NCBI RefSeq assembly: GCF_009674685.1
Contig: NZ_WKJI01000004.1
Location: 62,427 to 94,426, forward strand
Direction: 5' to 3'
DNA length: 32,000 bases
Origin: Pedobacter puniceum
Lineage (GTDB): Bacteria; Bacteroidota; Bacteroidia; Sphingobacteriales; Sphingobacteriaceae
This document shows, in pieces, positions 17,588 through 26,975 of the stretch (position 1 is its first letter; each line of letters opens with the position of its first letter). The notes below the pieces were generated by a model, which searched no databases, was not told the DNA's origin, and saw only the letters and a program-made list of their open reading frames with translations. Both the position numbers and the translations under genes were made by a program.

Positions 17588-20116
17588 ATGAACCAACAAA
17601 CAAAAAGCTTCAGCCAATCTGTTCGGGGTAAAATTATCATAGCAGCATTTTTTGCTTGTATTGCATTAGGTCTCGCTTGGGCTACCAGTAAATATGCATT
17701 TAACAAAATGCTCGGTTCTTTTGAGGATATAGCCAAACCCGGCGAACGTTTAAGATTAGTAAATGAACTTACATTTAAAATCATCAGTTTAGATCAATTA
17801 CAAAAAGCACAGGCTTTAAATAATCCTGGTGATTACAGTATTTTTCTTGAAGAAACAAAGCAATTAAGTTTTGGTATTGATAGCTTAAGTAAGCTTTATT
17901 CCAATGATTCTTTACAGCTTAGCCGTATAAAATCTATGAATACGCTGCTAAAAGAAAGAGACCGTTTGTTTATCAATTACCTTAAAGTAAGAGAAGGGTT
18001 GCTTAATAATAATTCTTTTTCTAACCAAGTTGAAGAGCTAAATGCCTTGGTTGACGCATCATCAAAAGATTTAGACAGTTTGGTTTTACGTTCAGAAAAA
18101 AGAACATTAACCACAACCATTAAAAATACTAGCGAGAATAAATCTTCTGATGGGCCTAAAACTTTCTTCGGTAAGCTATTTGGTAAAAAAAAGGATGATA
18201 AAAATAATCAGTCTTTCAATATCATGAATGAGGAACTGGACGTTAAAGTGGATACAGTAGCCTTATCTCGTCAGGATAGTATTATCCAAAATGTAGAAAA
18301 AACTATTAGACAGTTAGAAGAAGCTCAACGTAAAAAAAGCGAGGTTTTTATTAATAGAGAGGCTGTTTTAGCCAGTACTAGCGATTTACTCATCAATAAA
18401 ATGTTAACCGTTTTACGTGAGGTAGAAAGCGAAGCTGTTAAGCAAATAGAAATCAATAATAAAGAAGCCCGTGAGGTTGTAAATGATAGCATTAAGCAAA
18501 TCAGTATCATCATTATTGTATTTTTCCTTGCTACGGTTATCCTGCTCTATTTTATCCTTTCTGATATTGCTAAAAGCAACCAGTACCGTAAAGATTTAGA
18601 GTTAGCTAAAGAAGAAGCAGAATATCACAGTTTGGCAAAACAACGCTTCTTGTCTAACATGAGCCATGAAATTAGAACACCTTTACAGGCTATCATTGGC
18701 TATTCTGAACTTATCAGAAAACAAGAAAATCCTCGGAAGAAAGATATAGAAGCCATTTATCATTCATCAGAACATTTAATGCAAATTGTAAATGAGGTTT
18801 TAGATTATAACCGTATTGTATCAGGTAAGCTTACTTTTTCTCATGAAGTTTTTAATATGCAAAAATTATTGACAGAGGTGCTATCTGTGATGCATTTACA
18901 AGCAGAGAAAAAAGAGCTTAAAATTGTTCAGGATTTTGATATTGATGACGATTTGTGGGTAGAAGGTGATGCTTTTAGGCTCAAACAAATTCTTTATAAT
19001 TTGTTGAGTAATGCCATAAAATTTACCCATGCGGGGATGGTGAGCATTGCAGTTTCTTATAAGAAACAAGCTCATGATGTGCATTTCATGTTTGTTGTTG
19101 AAGATACTGGCATTGGAATGACTAAAGATGAAGTGAAACTTATATTTAATGAGTTTGAACAAGCTAATAACCCCCAAAATAAGGAGATGAATAAAGCAGG
19201 GGCTGGTTTAGGTTTAAGCATTGTAAAGGCCTTGGTTGAAACTCAGGAAGGAAGAATACATGTAAAAAGTACTCCCTCAAAAGGAAGTTCATTTACGGTT
19301 TATTTAAAGTTTAGAGAAGTAAATAAACCTCAAGAGGACAGTGTGTTAGGGCTAAAAAATACTTTACTATCAACTGCTTTTAGTGGTAAAGTTTGGATAG
19401 TAGATGATGATCAATTCATTTTAGATTTATGTGCTTTAATTTTTGCTCATCATCAAATAGCTTATCAATGTTTTTCTTCGCCCGAAGAGGCTTTAAAGGC
19501 TGATATTACAAATGATGTTAAGTTTATTTTTTTAGATATGCGTATGCCGGGTATGAGCGGTATTACTCTTTGTAAAAAGTTAAAAGAGAAAATTCAACAT
19601 CCCGATGTGTTGATCTACGCTTTAACAGCACAAGTTTTACCAGAAGAAACAGCACAAGTGGTAAATAATGGTTTTGATGGTTTGCTGATGAAACCTTTTA
19701 AAGAAGAACAATTACTTTCTATACTCATAAATGGTAATTTAACTTTTGTTGAGGTAGAGAATCAAAATCATTCGGAGTTTGACTTAACTGCGTTGGAGAA
19801 AATGACTTTTGGCGATTGGGAACAAACCTTAAATATTTTAAATCGCTTTATGGAAGATTCTCATCAAGATATTAAAATTTTAGAAGCCAATATCCAACAG
19901 CAGAATTTAGAAGAAGCTGGATTAGTGTCACATCGTATTGCTGGGCGTGTTGCGCAAGTAGGGGCAAGGCCTTTGGCCGCTTTATTTAGAGAGCAAGAAC
20001 TACTTTTGCAGGATGCTAAGCACTGGGATGAAAGTTTTGATAAAACACTTCATACGCTCATCAAACAGCTTAAACTATTGATGGATGAGCTAGATAAGTT
20101 GAAAGTTAAAGCTTAA
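17588..20116 (+). CDS. Hybrid sensor histidine kinase / response regulator with C-terminal HPt domain
   Basis: 842 aa. Two TM segments flank a roughly 270-aa helical, CHASE3-like periplasmic region. The H-box is SHEIRTPL and the HATPase N/G boxes are present (NAIKFT, DTGIGM, GLGLSIV). The REC domain shows VDDD...FLDMRMPGMSG...MKPF, and the HPt-like region shows SHRIAGRVAQVGA. Confidence 0.93.
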   Translation: MNQQTKSFSQSVRGKIIIAAFFACIALGLAWATSKYAFNKMLGSFEDIAKPGERLRLVNELTFKIISLDQLQKAQALNNPGDYSIFLEETKQLSFGIDSLSKLYSNDSLQLSRIKSMNTLLKERDRLFINYLKVREGLLNNNSFSNQVEELNALVDASSKDLDSLVLRSEKRTLTTTIKNTSENKSSDGPKTFFGKLFGKKKDDKNNQSFNIMNEELDVKVDTVALSRQDSIIQNVEKTIRQLEEAQRKKSEVFINREAVLASTSDLLINKMLTVLREVESEAVKQIEINNKEAREVVNDSIKQISIIIIVFFLATVILLYFILSDIAKSNQYRKDLELAKEEAEYHSLAKQRFLSNMSHEIRTPLQAIIGYSELIRKQENPRKKDIEAIYHSSEHLMQIVNEVLDYNRIVSGKLTFSHEVFNMQKLLTEVLSVMHLQAEKKELKIVQDFDIDDDLWVEGDAFRLKQILYNLLSNAIKFTHAGMVSIAVSYKKQAHDVHFMFVVEDTGIGMTKDEVKLIFNEFEQANNPQNKEMNKAGAGLGLSIVKALVETQEGRIHVKSTPSKGSSFTVYLKFREVNKPQEDSVLGLKNTLLSTAFSGKVWIVDDDQFILDLCALIFAHHQIAYQCFSSPEEALKADITNDVKFIFLDMRMPGMSGITLCKKLKEKIQHPDVLIYALTAQVLPEETAQVVNNGFDGLLMKPFKEEQLLSILINGNLTFVEVENQNHSEFDLTALEKMTFGDWEQTLNILNRFMEDSHQDIKILEANIQQQNLEEAGLVSHRIAGRVAQVGARPLAALFREQELLLQDAKHWDESFDKTLHTLIKQLKLLMDELDKLKVKA

Positions 20117-21576
20117 TTTTTTGACCCCATAAAACTATGTTTAATGGAATAAAAGTTTAATAAACAAAAACCACAAAACAATAGTGTATGGAAGGGTAAT
20201 AAACCAAAGTCTTGATAAATAAAAGACATGATTATCCCGCTAAGGAAATAAAAAGCCAAGAAAAGCTCTATATAAAATGATTTTGGTAAACTCTTCTTGA
20301 TGTAAATATTATGGGTAAAACCTTCTTCTTTATTATTGATATTGAATTTTGGTGTCCTGATAAAATCAGATTTAAAACCGAATACACCTTCTAAAACAGC
20401 TATTGCATTATGGAAACTCATCGCCATAGAGAAGGATAGAAAAACGGGGAAAAGCTTCAAGAAGTTTATAAAACTAGTTTTTTTAGAAAAATAAGAGGTG
20501 GTGTAGAAAATAGCAACGATGATAAATCCACCAACAAAAACAGTCATCAAATTAAAATATAAAATATCAACCAGATGCAGATTCTTGATTATCAAAATAG
20601 GTAAGCTTAAAATACTAGCTATAAACACCAGTAAAAAAGCATAAGCGTTAAGCAAGTGTAAAGAACCAAAGATTTTACGGCTAAGATTTTCATCTGATTG
20701 CCAAATCTGTGAAAGCATTTTTTTTGAGGTTTCTATAGCGCCTTTTGTCCAACGATGTTGTTGAGATTTATAAGCGTTAAGTTCCATGGGTAGTTCTGCC
20801 GGAGTTCCAAAATCTTCTACATATTTAAATTTCCAGCCTTTTAGTTGTGCTCTATAGCTTAAATCTAAATCTTCTGTTAAGGTATCATGCTGCCAGCCAC
20901 CTGCTTCAACAATACAGGTTTTACGCCAAACACCAGCCGTACCATTAAAGTTGATGAATAAATCCTGTTTATTTCTACCTGTTTGTTCAACCGTAAAATG
21001 ACCATCTAAGCCAAAACTTTGAATTTTTGTTAGTAAAGAATAATCTTCGTTTAAATGCTCCCATTTACTTTGTACCATTCCAAGTTTAGCTTCTTGAAAA
21101 TAGGGTACAAGCTTTTGTAAAAAATCTTTTGGAGGCACAAAATCTGCATCAAAAATAGCTATTAATTCTCCAGAAGCTTGTTCTAAGCCATATTGTAAAG
21201 CTCCGGCTTTAAAGCCAATATTTTTTGTTCTGGTAATATGTTTAATATTAAAACCAGCAGCTTGTTGTTCTTTTACCAATAGCGCTGTTAATGCAAGAGA
21301 ATCGTCATTAGAATCATCTAACACCTGTATTTCTAATAATTCTTTAGGGTAGTTTAACTCGCAAACGCTTTTTATCAATCTTTTTACAACATAAAGCTCA
21401 TTAAATAAAGGTAATTGTATGGTTACTTTAGGTTGGTGATGCCATGATAAAGCTTTAACTTCTTTTTTAGGTGATTTGATGTAATAATAAATCAAGAAAG
21501 CTTGGCCAATACTAAAAATAAAAATCGCTAATAAGCAAAAAGCATAAATGAATAAAATAGAAAACTGTAGAAACAT
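20113..21576 (-). CDS. Membrane-embedded family-2 glycosyltransferase, processive-synthase-like (cellulose synthase/CslA-like architecture)
   Basis: 487 aa with an N-terminal TM helix and a GT-A core showing DDSND, DADF and TEDLD. It carries the QQHRW (QxxRW) motif, followed by about 4-5 C-terminal TM helices. Confidence 0.88.
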   Translation of the reverse strand: MFLQFSILFIYAFCLLAIFIFSIGQAFLIYYYIKSPKKEVKALSWHHQPKVTIQLPLFNELYVVKRLIKSVCELNYPKELLEIQVLDDSNDDSLALTALLVKEQQAAGFNIKHITRTKNIGFKAGALQYGLEQASGELIAIFDADFVPPKDFLQKLVPYFQEAKLGMVQSKWEHLNEDYSLLTKIQSFGLDGHFTVEQTGRNKQDLFINFNGTAGVWRKTCIVEAGGWQHDTLTEDLDLSYRAQLKGWKFKYVEDFGTPAELPMELNAYKSQQHRWTKGAIETSKKMLSQIWQSDENLSRKIFGSLHLLNAYAFLLVFIASILSLPILIIKNLHLVDILYFNLMTVFVGGFIIVAIFYTTSYFSKKTSFINFLKLFPVFLSFSMAMSFHNAIAVLEGVFGFKSDFIRTPKFNINNKEEGFTHNIYIKKSLPKSFYIELFLAFYFLSGIIMSFIYQDFGLLPFHTLLFCGFCLLNFYSIKHSFMGSKN

Positions 21577-21582
21577 TCTGCT

Positions 21583-22293
21583 TTATAGATTTTTAAAAAT
21601 CTTCCAAATAATTTTATAACCTGCCAAGATAACACCTTTCACCGTTCCGGAAACTTTACTAACTCCAATTCTTTTACGGTATTTAACCGGTACTTCCATA
21701 CATCTCAAACCTTGTTTAGCAGCTTTAATTTGCATCTCAACTGTCCAACCATAGGTTTTATCTTGCATGTTTATATGTTGCAAATGTAACCATGTTATGG
21801 CTCTAAATGGTCCTAGGTCTGTAAATTTAACTCCGTAAAATAACCTGATTAATTTTGTGGCTAGCCAATTACCAAACTCTTGCGGGATAGTCATAGAGTT
21901 TTTTTCTTTTACCCCTAAAGCCCTAGAACCAATAACTAAATCGGCTTTATCTTGTATGATAGGATTTATAATGTCAGGGATTTCTTCAGGATAATCAGAA
22001 AAATCGCCATCTAAAAAAACAATAATATCTTCTGGATTGATATTATGCTTTAAGAAATCCATACCTTTTAAGCATGCATATCCATAACCAGGGCGGGGTT
22101 CATCAACAACCACAGCACCAGCCATTTCCGCTTGTATTTTTGTGTTATCCTTAGAGTTATTATTGGCTACAACAATTGTTTTAACAAATTCTTTAGGTAT
22201 AGCATTTATAACTTTAGCTATAGACTGTTCTTCATTATATGCCGGAATAATTACATATACATCCATTTTTCTTTTTGGTAATTCTTCTAGCAT
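21583..22293 (-). CDS. Soluble family-2 glycosyltransferase (DPM1/GpgS-like)
   Basis: 236 aa with the IIPAYNEE N-terminal motif and the DGDFSD (DxD) motif. It ends 6 nt upstream of the large GT2 gene on the same strand, suggesting an operon. Confidence 0.88.
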   Translation of the reverse strand: MLEELPKRKMDVYVIIPAYNEEQSIAKVINAIPKEFVKTIVVANNNSKDNTKIQAEMAGAVVVDEPRPGYGYACLKGMDFLKHNINPEDIIVFLDGDFSDYPEEIPDIINPIIQDKADLVIGSRALGVKEKNSMTIPQEFGNWLATKLIRLFYGVKFTDLGPFRAITWLHLQHINMQDKTYGWTVEMQIKAAKQGLRCMEVPVKYRKRIGVSKVSGTVKGVILAGYKIIWKIFKNL

Positions 22294-22515
22294 TTATGTT
22301 GAAAATAAGTTGTAAATGACAAATAGAGGAGGCTAAATTTTGATATTAATATTTTAAAATATATTTAATTTTAATTAAACTAATATTTAGATTAGAATTA
22401 ATTAAACCTTTCCTCAAAATTACTAACAATTACGTTGGCAGCTAAAGAAAAGTTTTAAGATTATAAAAAATGTTAAGTAGTCTGTATTTTAAATTTAATA
22501 GGTTGAGATATTTTC

Positions 22516-25500
22516 ATGTTTAAGCGTAGGTTGCTTTTTTTTTACTTTCTACTTTCTTTTTTAGCTATATCTGCTGTTAGTAAAGCCCAGAATATTTCTA
22601 ATGAGGGAACTTCTTTTTGGCTTTGTTTTCCGGCACATGTGCCTTCTGGAGGTAGTTTAGCAAATATTTCTGTTTTTATAACTTCTAAAAGTAATAGCTC
22701 TGGTAAGGTACAATGTGGTACTTATTCGCAGAATTTTAGCGTAACAGCAAATACCATAACAGAAGTAGTATTGCCCAGGAATGTTTCATATTTAGGTGAT
22801 GGGACAAGTGTTTTTACCAACAAAGGCATAAAAGTAATTGTAGACCCTGGCAAACCTAAAATAGTTGTTTATGGGCATATTTTTGCTGGTGCAAGGTCGG
22901 CAGCTACGCTAGTTCTTCCTAATGAAGCATTGGGGCAAAAGTATCATGCTATGGCTTATACCCAAACTCAAGGCGGATCGTCTCAATTCAATATTGTAGC
23001 AGTAGAAGCAAATACAACGGTTAATGTAACACCGGTTTTAAATGGAGTTAAGCAAACTGCATTTCAGGTAGTTTTACCTGCAGTTGGTGATGTTTATCAG
23101 TATCAAAGCAGCCAAGATATAACAGGTACTTTGATAGAAGTAGATAAAACTGTTTCAAACTGTAAAAAAATTGCTGTTTTTTCTGGTAGCTCTGTAGTGG
23201 CTATATCATCTCCTACCTGTTTTTCAATGAGCTTGTCTGCTGACCCTTTATTACAGCAATTATATCCGATTGAGAGTTGGGGATTAAATTTTAGTATGAT
23301 TCCGTTTTATGATAGAGATGTTGGCAGTATTTATAGGATACTTGCTTCTGAGGATAATACAAACATCAATTTATTAGGAAGAACTATTACTTTGAATGCG
23401 GGTGAATATTATACAACTGAGCCTACTACATTATTTTCTTTTATCAATGCCGATAAGAAAATATCGGTAGCACAATATGCTATTACACAACTATGTGCTG
23501 ATTCTAGAAACGGAGTTAATGGTGCTACTAGACCAAGCGACCCTGATATGGTGCTTTTGAATCCCTTAGAATATAGTATAGATAGGATAACTTTATATTC
23601 ATCAACTAAATTAGCCATAACAGAGCAGTTTTTAAATATCACCATTCCTACTTCTAAAGTATCCTCATTCAAACTAAATAATCAGGATTTTTCTAATCGT
23701 TTTACTGCTTTTTCAAGTAAACCTGAGTTTTCTTATGCACAAATATTACTTCATCAAATTGGAGGAAGTAGTTTTAGTTTATCTGCCGATACTGGCTTCA
23801 ATGCTATAGCCTATGGTTTTGGTAATGTTGAGTCTTATGCTTATTCTGCAGGAACAAGTTTAGCTTCTAATATCAATGTATCGGCACTTAAGAGTGGAAC
23901 AAACCAGGCTGTAAAAATTGCTTGCGTAAGTGATAGCTATGATTTTAAATTGGCCTTGCCTTACAGAACCACCAAATTAGTATGGAAATTAGAAGCTAGT
24001 GATACAGAAATTGTGCAAAATAATCCTACTCCTACAGTTGTTAATTCGGGTAATAAGGTTTTATATGAATATCGCTTATCCTCACAAAAGAATTTTTCAT
24101 CTTCCGGCGTTAAAAAGATTATTATAACTTCTACAACTCCGCCAGGGGCAAATATTTGTTCTACTACAGATGAAGAAATCATCGAATTTGATTTCGAGGT
24201 AATAGATTTGCCAGTCCCAGAGTTTACATTTCCTGCGGCAACTTGTTTAGGCGCTCCTGTTAATTTTACCTATGTAGAGAAAAATATCGGCGAGCCTGTT
24301 AATAGCTGGTCTTGGGATTTTGGCGATGGAAGTACCTCTACCTTGCAAAATCCTTCACATACTTATGCAAATCCCGGAAACTATAAGGTTAAACTAGTAT
24401 TAAAAAGTATAATTGGTTGTCAATCTAATGTATTAGAAAAAACTGTTTTTATTGCAGCCCCTCCGGTTTCTAAAATAGGTGTAGCATCTCCTCTTTGCGT
24501 AAATACCAATATTAGTTTTAGAGATGAAAGTACCTCTCAAGATGGAAATATTATAGCTTGGGAGTGGGATTTTGGAGACAATACAGCAATAAGCACTTTG
24601 CAGCATCCGACTCATCTTTTTGCAACAGCAGGGACTTATAATGTTAAACTAACTACTACAACCTCCTTTAATTGTAAAAATACCATAATCAGAAGTTTTG
24701 TAATTAAAAATCCTGCCGAAATTTCTTTTGATGACCCTGGCTCTTGCGTAAATGATTTTGTTGTTTTTAAAGCTAAAGTTTTAACTGGGGCTGTAACATC
24801 TTGGTTTTGGAATTTTGGAGATGGTACCAATGATGTTTCTCAAAACACTAAAGCAGAGCCTGTACATAAATATAATGCAGCAGGCCAATACACGGTTACT
24901 TTAACCGCTGTTTCTAATGATGGCTGTAACTCGGTTTTCTCTAGAGTGATTAAAATAAGTGGGGCCAACCCTCAGCCAGTTTTTGAAGTTGTAGATGCTA
25001 GTGGATTGTGTAGCAATAAAGAAGTCTTTTTTAAAAATAAAAGCACTATTCCTTTTGGTAATATCACCAAATTAGAGTGGTTTTTTCAGTATAACGGAGT
25101 TTCTTCTGTACCTGATTTGGTGGATGTGAATCCGCAATTTGATGAAATATACAGTTTCAAATATCCTAAAAACCATTTAGCAATAAATTATAGAGTGGTA
25201 CTAAGAGCCTATTCAGGGTCGGTTTGTTTTCAACAATCTTTACCAACAATAGTTACTGTTAATGGCAGTCCTTCTTTAAGTTTCCTTGCACCGGCAGAAC
25301 TTTGTTTAAATAATTTCAGAATTCTTTTGAATGGAAAGGACATTAACAGCATAGCAGGGACTGGTAAATATACAGGTAAAGGAGTTGTTGATGGGGTGTA
25401 CTTTGACCCCGCTGTTGCAGGAATTGGTAGTCATGAAATCGTTTACTCTTTTTTAACTCCGAAAGGTTGCGCAGATACAATTAAGCAAACTATAAAAGTT

Positions 25501-26010
25501 TTAGATATTCCTGAAGTAGATGCTGGTGAAGATTTAAACATCTTATTAGCAGGAGAAAAGCAAATACAAGCGAAAATTTTAAAAGGGCAAAATCTTACCT
25601 TTAAATGGTCTCCTTCTAAAGGATTAAGTGATGATAAAATACTAAATCCTATCGCATCACCTACAGAAACAACAAAATATATTTTAACAGTAACTTCGCC
25701 ACAAGGTTGTTATGTGGCAGATGAGGTATTGGTGTCTGTTTATCAGGAACCAAATATTCCTAATGCTTTTAGCCCTAATGGCGATGGATATAACGATACA
25801 TGGGTGATTAAATATTTAGAGTCTTTTGTAAATGCGTCTATCAAAATATTTAATAGATACGGACAAGTTGTTTTTGAGTCTCAACAATACAACACTCCTT
25901 GGGATGGTAGGTTTAAAGGAATAGATGTTCCGGTTGGTGTTTATTATTACATCATTGAGCCAAATAATGGACGAAATAGGTACACGGGTTCTATAACATT
26001 GATAAGATAA
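22516..26010 (+). CDS. Large secreted surface protein: IgGFc-binding-like N-terminal domain, PKD repeats, T9SS type-B (gliding-motility-associated) C-terminal sorting domain
   Basis: 1164 aa with the signal peptide MFKRRLLFFYFLLSFLAISAVSKAQ. The N-terminal roughly 440 aa contain GTSFWLCF...DPDMVLLNP motifs. At least three PKD signatures (W-DFGDG...H-Y...G-Y-V-L) lie at about 24211-24960. The C-terminus reads IPNAFSPNGDGYNDTW...GVYYY (nt 25756-26007). Confidence 0.9.
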   Translation: MFKRRLLFFYFLLSFLAISAVSKAQNISNEGTSFWLCFPAHVPSGGSLANISVFITSKSNSSGKVQCGTYSQNFSVTANTITEVVLPRNVSYLGDGTSVFTNKGIKVIVDPGKPKIVVYGHIFAGARSAATLVLPNEALGQKYHAMAYTQTQGGSSQFNIVAVEANTTVNVTPVLNGVKQTAFQVVLPAVGDVYQYQSSQDITGTLIEVDKTVSNCKKIAVFSGSSVVAISSPTCFSMSLSADPLLQQLYPIESWGLNFSMIPFYDRDVGSIYRILASEDNTNINLLGRTITLNAGEYYTTEPTTLFSFINADKKISVAQYAITQLCADSRNGVNGATRPSDPDMVLLNPLEYSIDRITLYSSTKLAITEQFLNITIPTSKVSSFKLNNQDFSNRFTAFSSKPEFSYAQILLHQIGGSSFSLSADTGFNAIAYGFGNVESYAYSAGTSLASNINVSALKSGTNQAVKIACVSDSYDFKLALPYRTTKLVWKLEASDTEIVQNNPTPTVVNSGNKVLYEYRLSSQKNFSSSGVKKIIITSTTPPGANICSTTDEEIIEFDFEVIDLPVPEFTFPAATCLGAPVNFTYVEKNIGEPVNSWSWDFGDGSTSTLQNPSHTYANPGNYKVKLVLKSIIGCQSNVLEKTVFIAAPPVSKIGVASPLCVNTNISFRDESTSQDGNIIAWEWDFGDNTAISTLQHPTHLFATAGTYNVKLTTTTSFNCKNTIIRSFVIKNPAEISFDDPGSCVNDFVVFKAKVLTGAVTSWFWNFGDGTNDVSQNTKAEPVHKYNAAGQYTVTLTAVSNDGCNSVFSRVIKISGANPQPVFEVVDASGLCSNKEVFFKNKSTIPFGNITKLEWFFQYNGVSSVPDLVDVNPQFDEIYSFKYPKNHLAINYRVVLRAYSGSVCFQQSLPTIVTVNGSPSLSFLAPAELCLNNFRILLNGKDINSIAGTGKYTGKGVVDGVYFDPAVAGIGSHEIVYSFLTPKGCADTIKQTIKVLDIPEVDAGEDLNILLAGEKQIQAKILKGQNLTFKWSPSKGLSDDKILNPIASPTETTKYILTVTSPQGCYVADEVLVSVYQEPNIPNAFSPNGDGYNDTWVIKYLESFVNASIKIFNRYGQVVFESQQYNTPWDGRFKGIDVPVGVYYYIIEPNNGRNRYTGSITLIR

Positions 26011-26975
26011 TGAAGATAGTTAAGCTGTTGGTATTACTTATGATGTTACACGTAACTGTTCTAGCGCAACAGAGGCCTCATTATACACAATATTTGCAAA
26101 ATATGCAGGTTATAAATCCTGCTGTAACAGGTATGTTTAGAGCTTTAGAAATTAGAGGGGGAGTTAGAAATCAATGGCTAGGATTAGAAAGTTCGCCTAA
26201 AACAAGTTATCTCACCATTTCAACGCCCATAAATTTTGATCGTGATATGTTAATTGCTGGCTCTGCTGATTATGGTGTAGATGAAGTAGGAACACGTTCT
26301 GATAAAAACAGCTATTTATCTTCAGAAAATCATCATGGTCTTGGTGCTACTGTTTTGAATGACCAAACAGGTTCTTTTGGTAGGGCTAGCATCAATTTAA
26401 CTTATGCGTATCATCTAGCTTTAGGCGATATAGCCAATTTATCTGTAGGAGTTGGCGCTGGCGTTGGCAGAATAAGTCTTAATGCCAATACACTTAATTT
26501 TGAAGACCCTTTTGAGCCAGCTTTAGCAGAAGGCAGTACCGTAAAATGGATTCCTGATGTAAATGTTGGCGTTTATTTATATGCGCATCAATTTTTTTTA
26601 GGAGCTTCCATGCAACAGGTAATGAAGCAAAAGCTAGTTTTTAATAACAATTACGAAGATGGTTTAGAGGTTAGTCATTATTTTATTAACGGAGGATATA
26701 GATTTTGGGTAACAGAAGATCTTTCTTTTACACCCTCTGTCATGTTTAAGTATATAAAACCTTTGCCTGTTGGTATTGATTTAAATTTAAGGATGAGCTA
26801 CAGGAACAACTTTTGGTTAGGAGGCTCGTACAGAAGAAAAGATTCTTTTTCGGCTATAATGGGCTTTACCATTAGTAAAACTTTAGATGCCGGCTATGCC
26901 TATGATATTACCAGATCTTCTTTGAATACAGTATCTAACGGTACACATGAAATTGTGATAGGTCTAAAGCTTTAG
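26010..26975 (+). CDS. PorP/SprF-family type IX secretion system membrane protein
   Basis: 321 aa with a signal peptide followed by QQRPHYTQYLQNMQVINPAVTG, the family N-terminal signature. The sequence has beta-barrel-like alternation and ends in GTHEIVIGLKL. Its ATG overlaps the cargo gene stop (TAATG). Confidence 0.88.
   Translation: MKIVKLLVLLMMLHVTVLAQQRPHYTQYLQNMQVINPAVTGMFRALEIRGGVRNQWLGLESSPKTSYLTISTPINFDRDMLIAGSADYGVDEVGTRSDKNSYLSSENHHGLGATVLNDQTGSFGRASINLTYAYHLALGDIANLSVGVGAGVGRISLNANTLNFEDPFEPALAEGSTVKWIPDVNVGVYLYAHQFFLGASMQQVMKQKLVFNNNYEDGLEVSHYFINGGYRFWVTEDLSFTPSVMFKYIKPLPVGIDLNLRMSYRNNFWLGGSYRRKDSFSAIMGFTISKTLDAGYAYDITRSSLNTVSNGTHEIVIGLKL

Noticed and set aside
17575-19177. Antisense ORFs 17575-17784, 18325-18513 and 18896-19177 opposite the hybrid kinase
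   Set aside because: The kinase frame carries all HisKA/HATPase/REC motifs, and the antisense frames show none.
22434-22452. Sigma-54-like TGGCA element (TTGGCAGCTAAAGAAAAG) upstream of the adhesin gene, tempting because rpoN is nearby
   Set aside because: The -12 element is missing. GAAA occupies the place of TTGC at the required spacing, so it does not fit TGGCAC-N5-TTGC.
23409-24830. Four antisense ORFs (23409-23672, 23961-24182, 24433-24615, 24636-24830) inside the T9SS cargo gene
   Set aside because: They lie opposite a continuous 1164-aa frame with repeated PKD signatures, and the translations are featureless.
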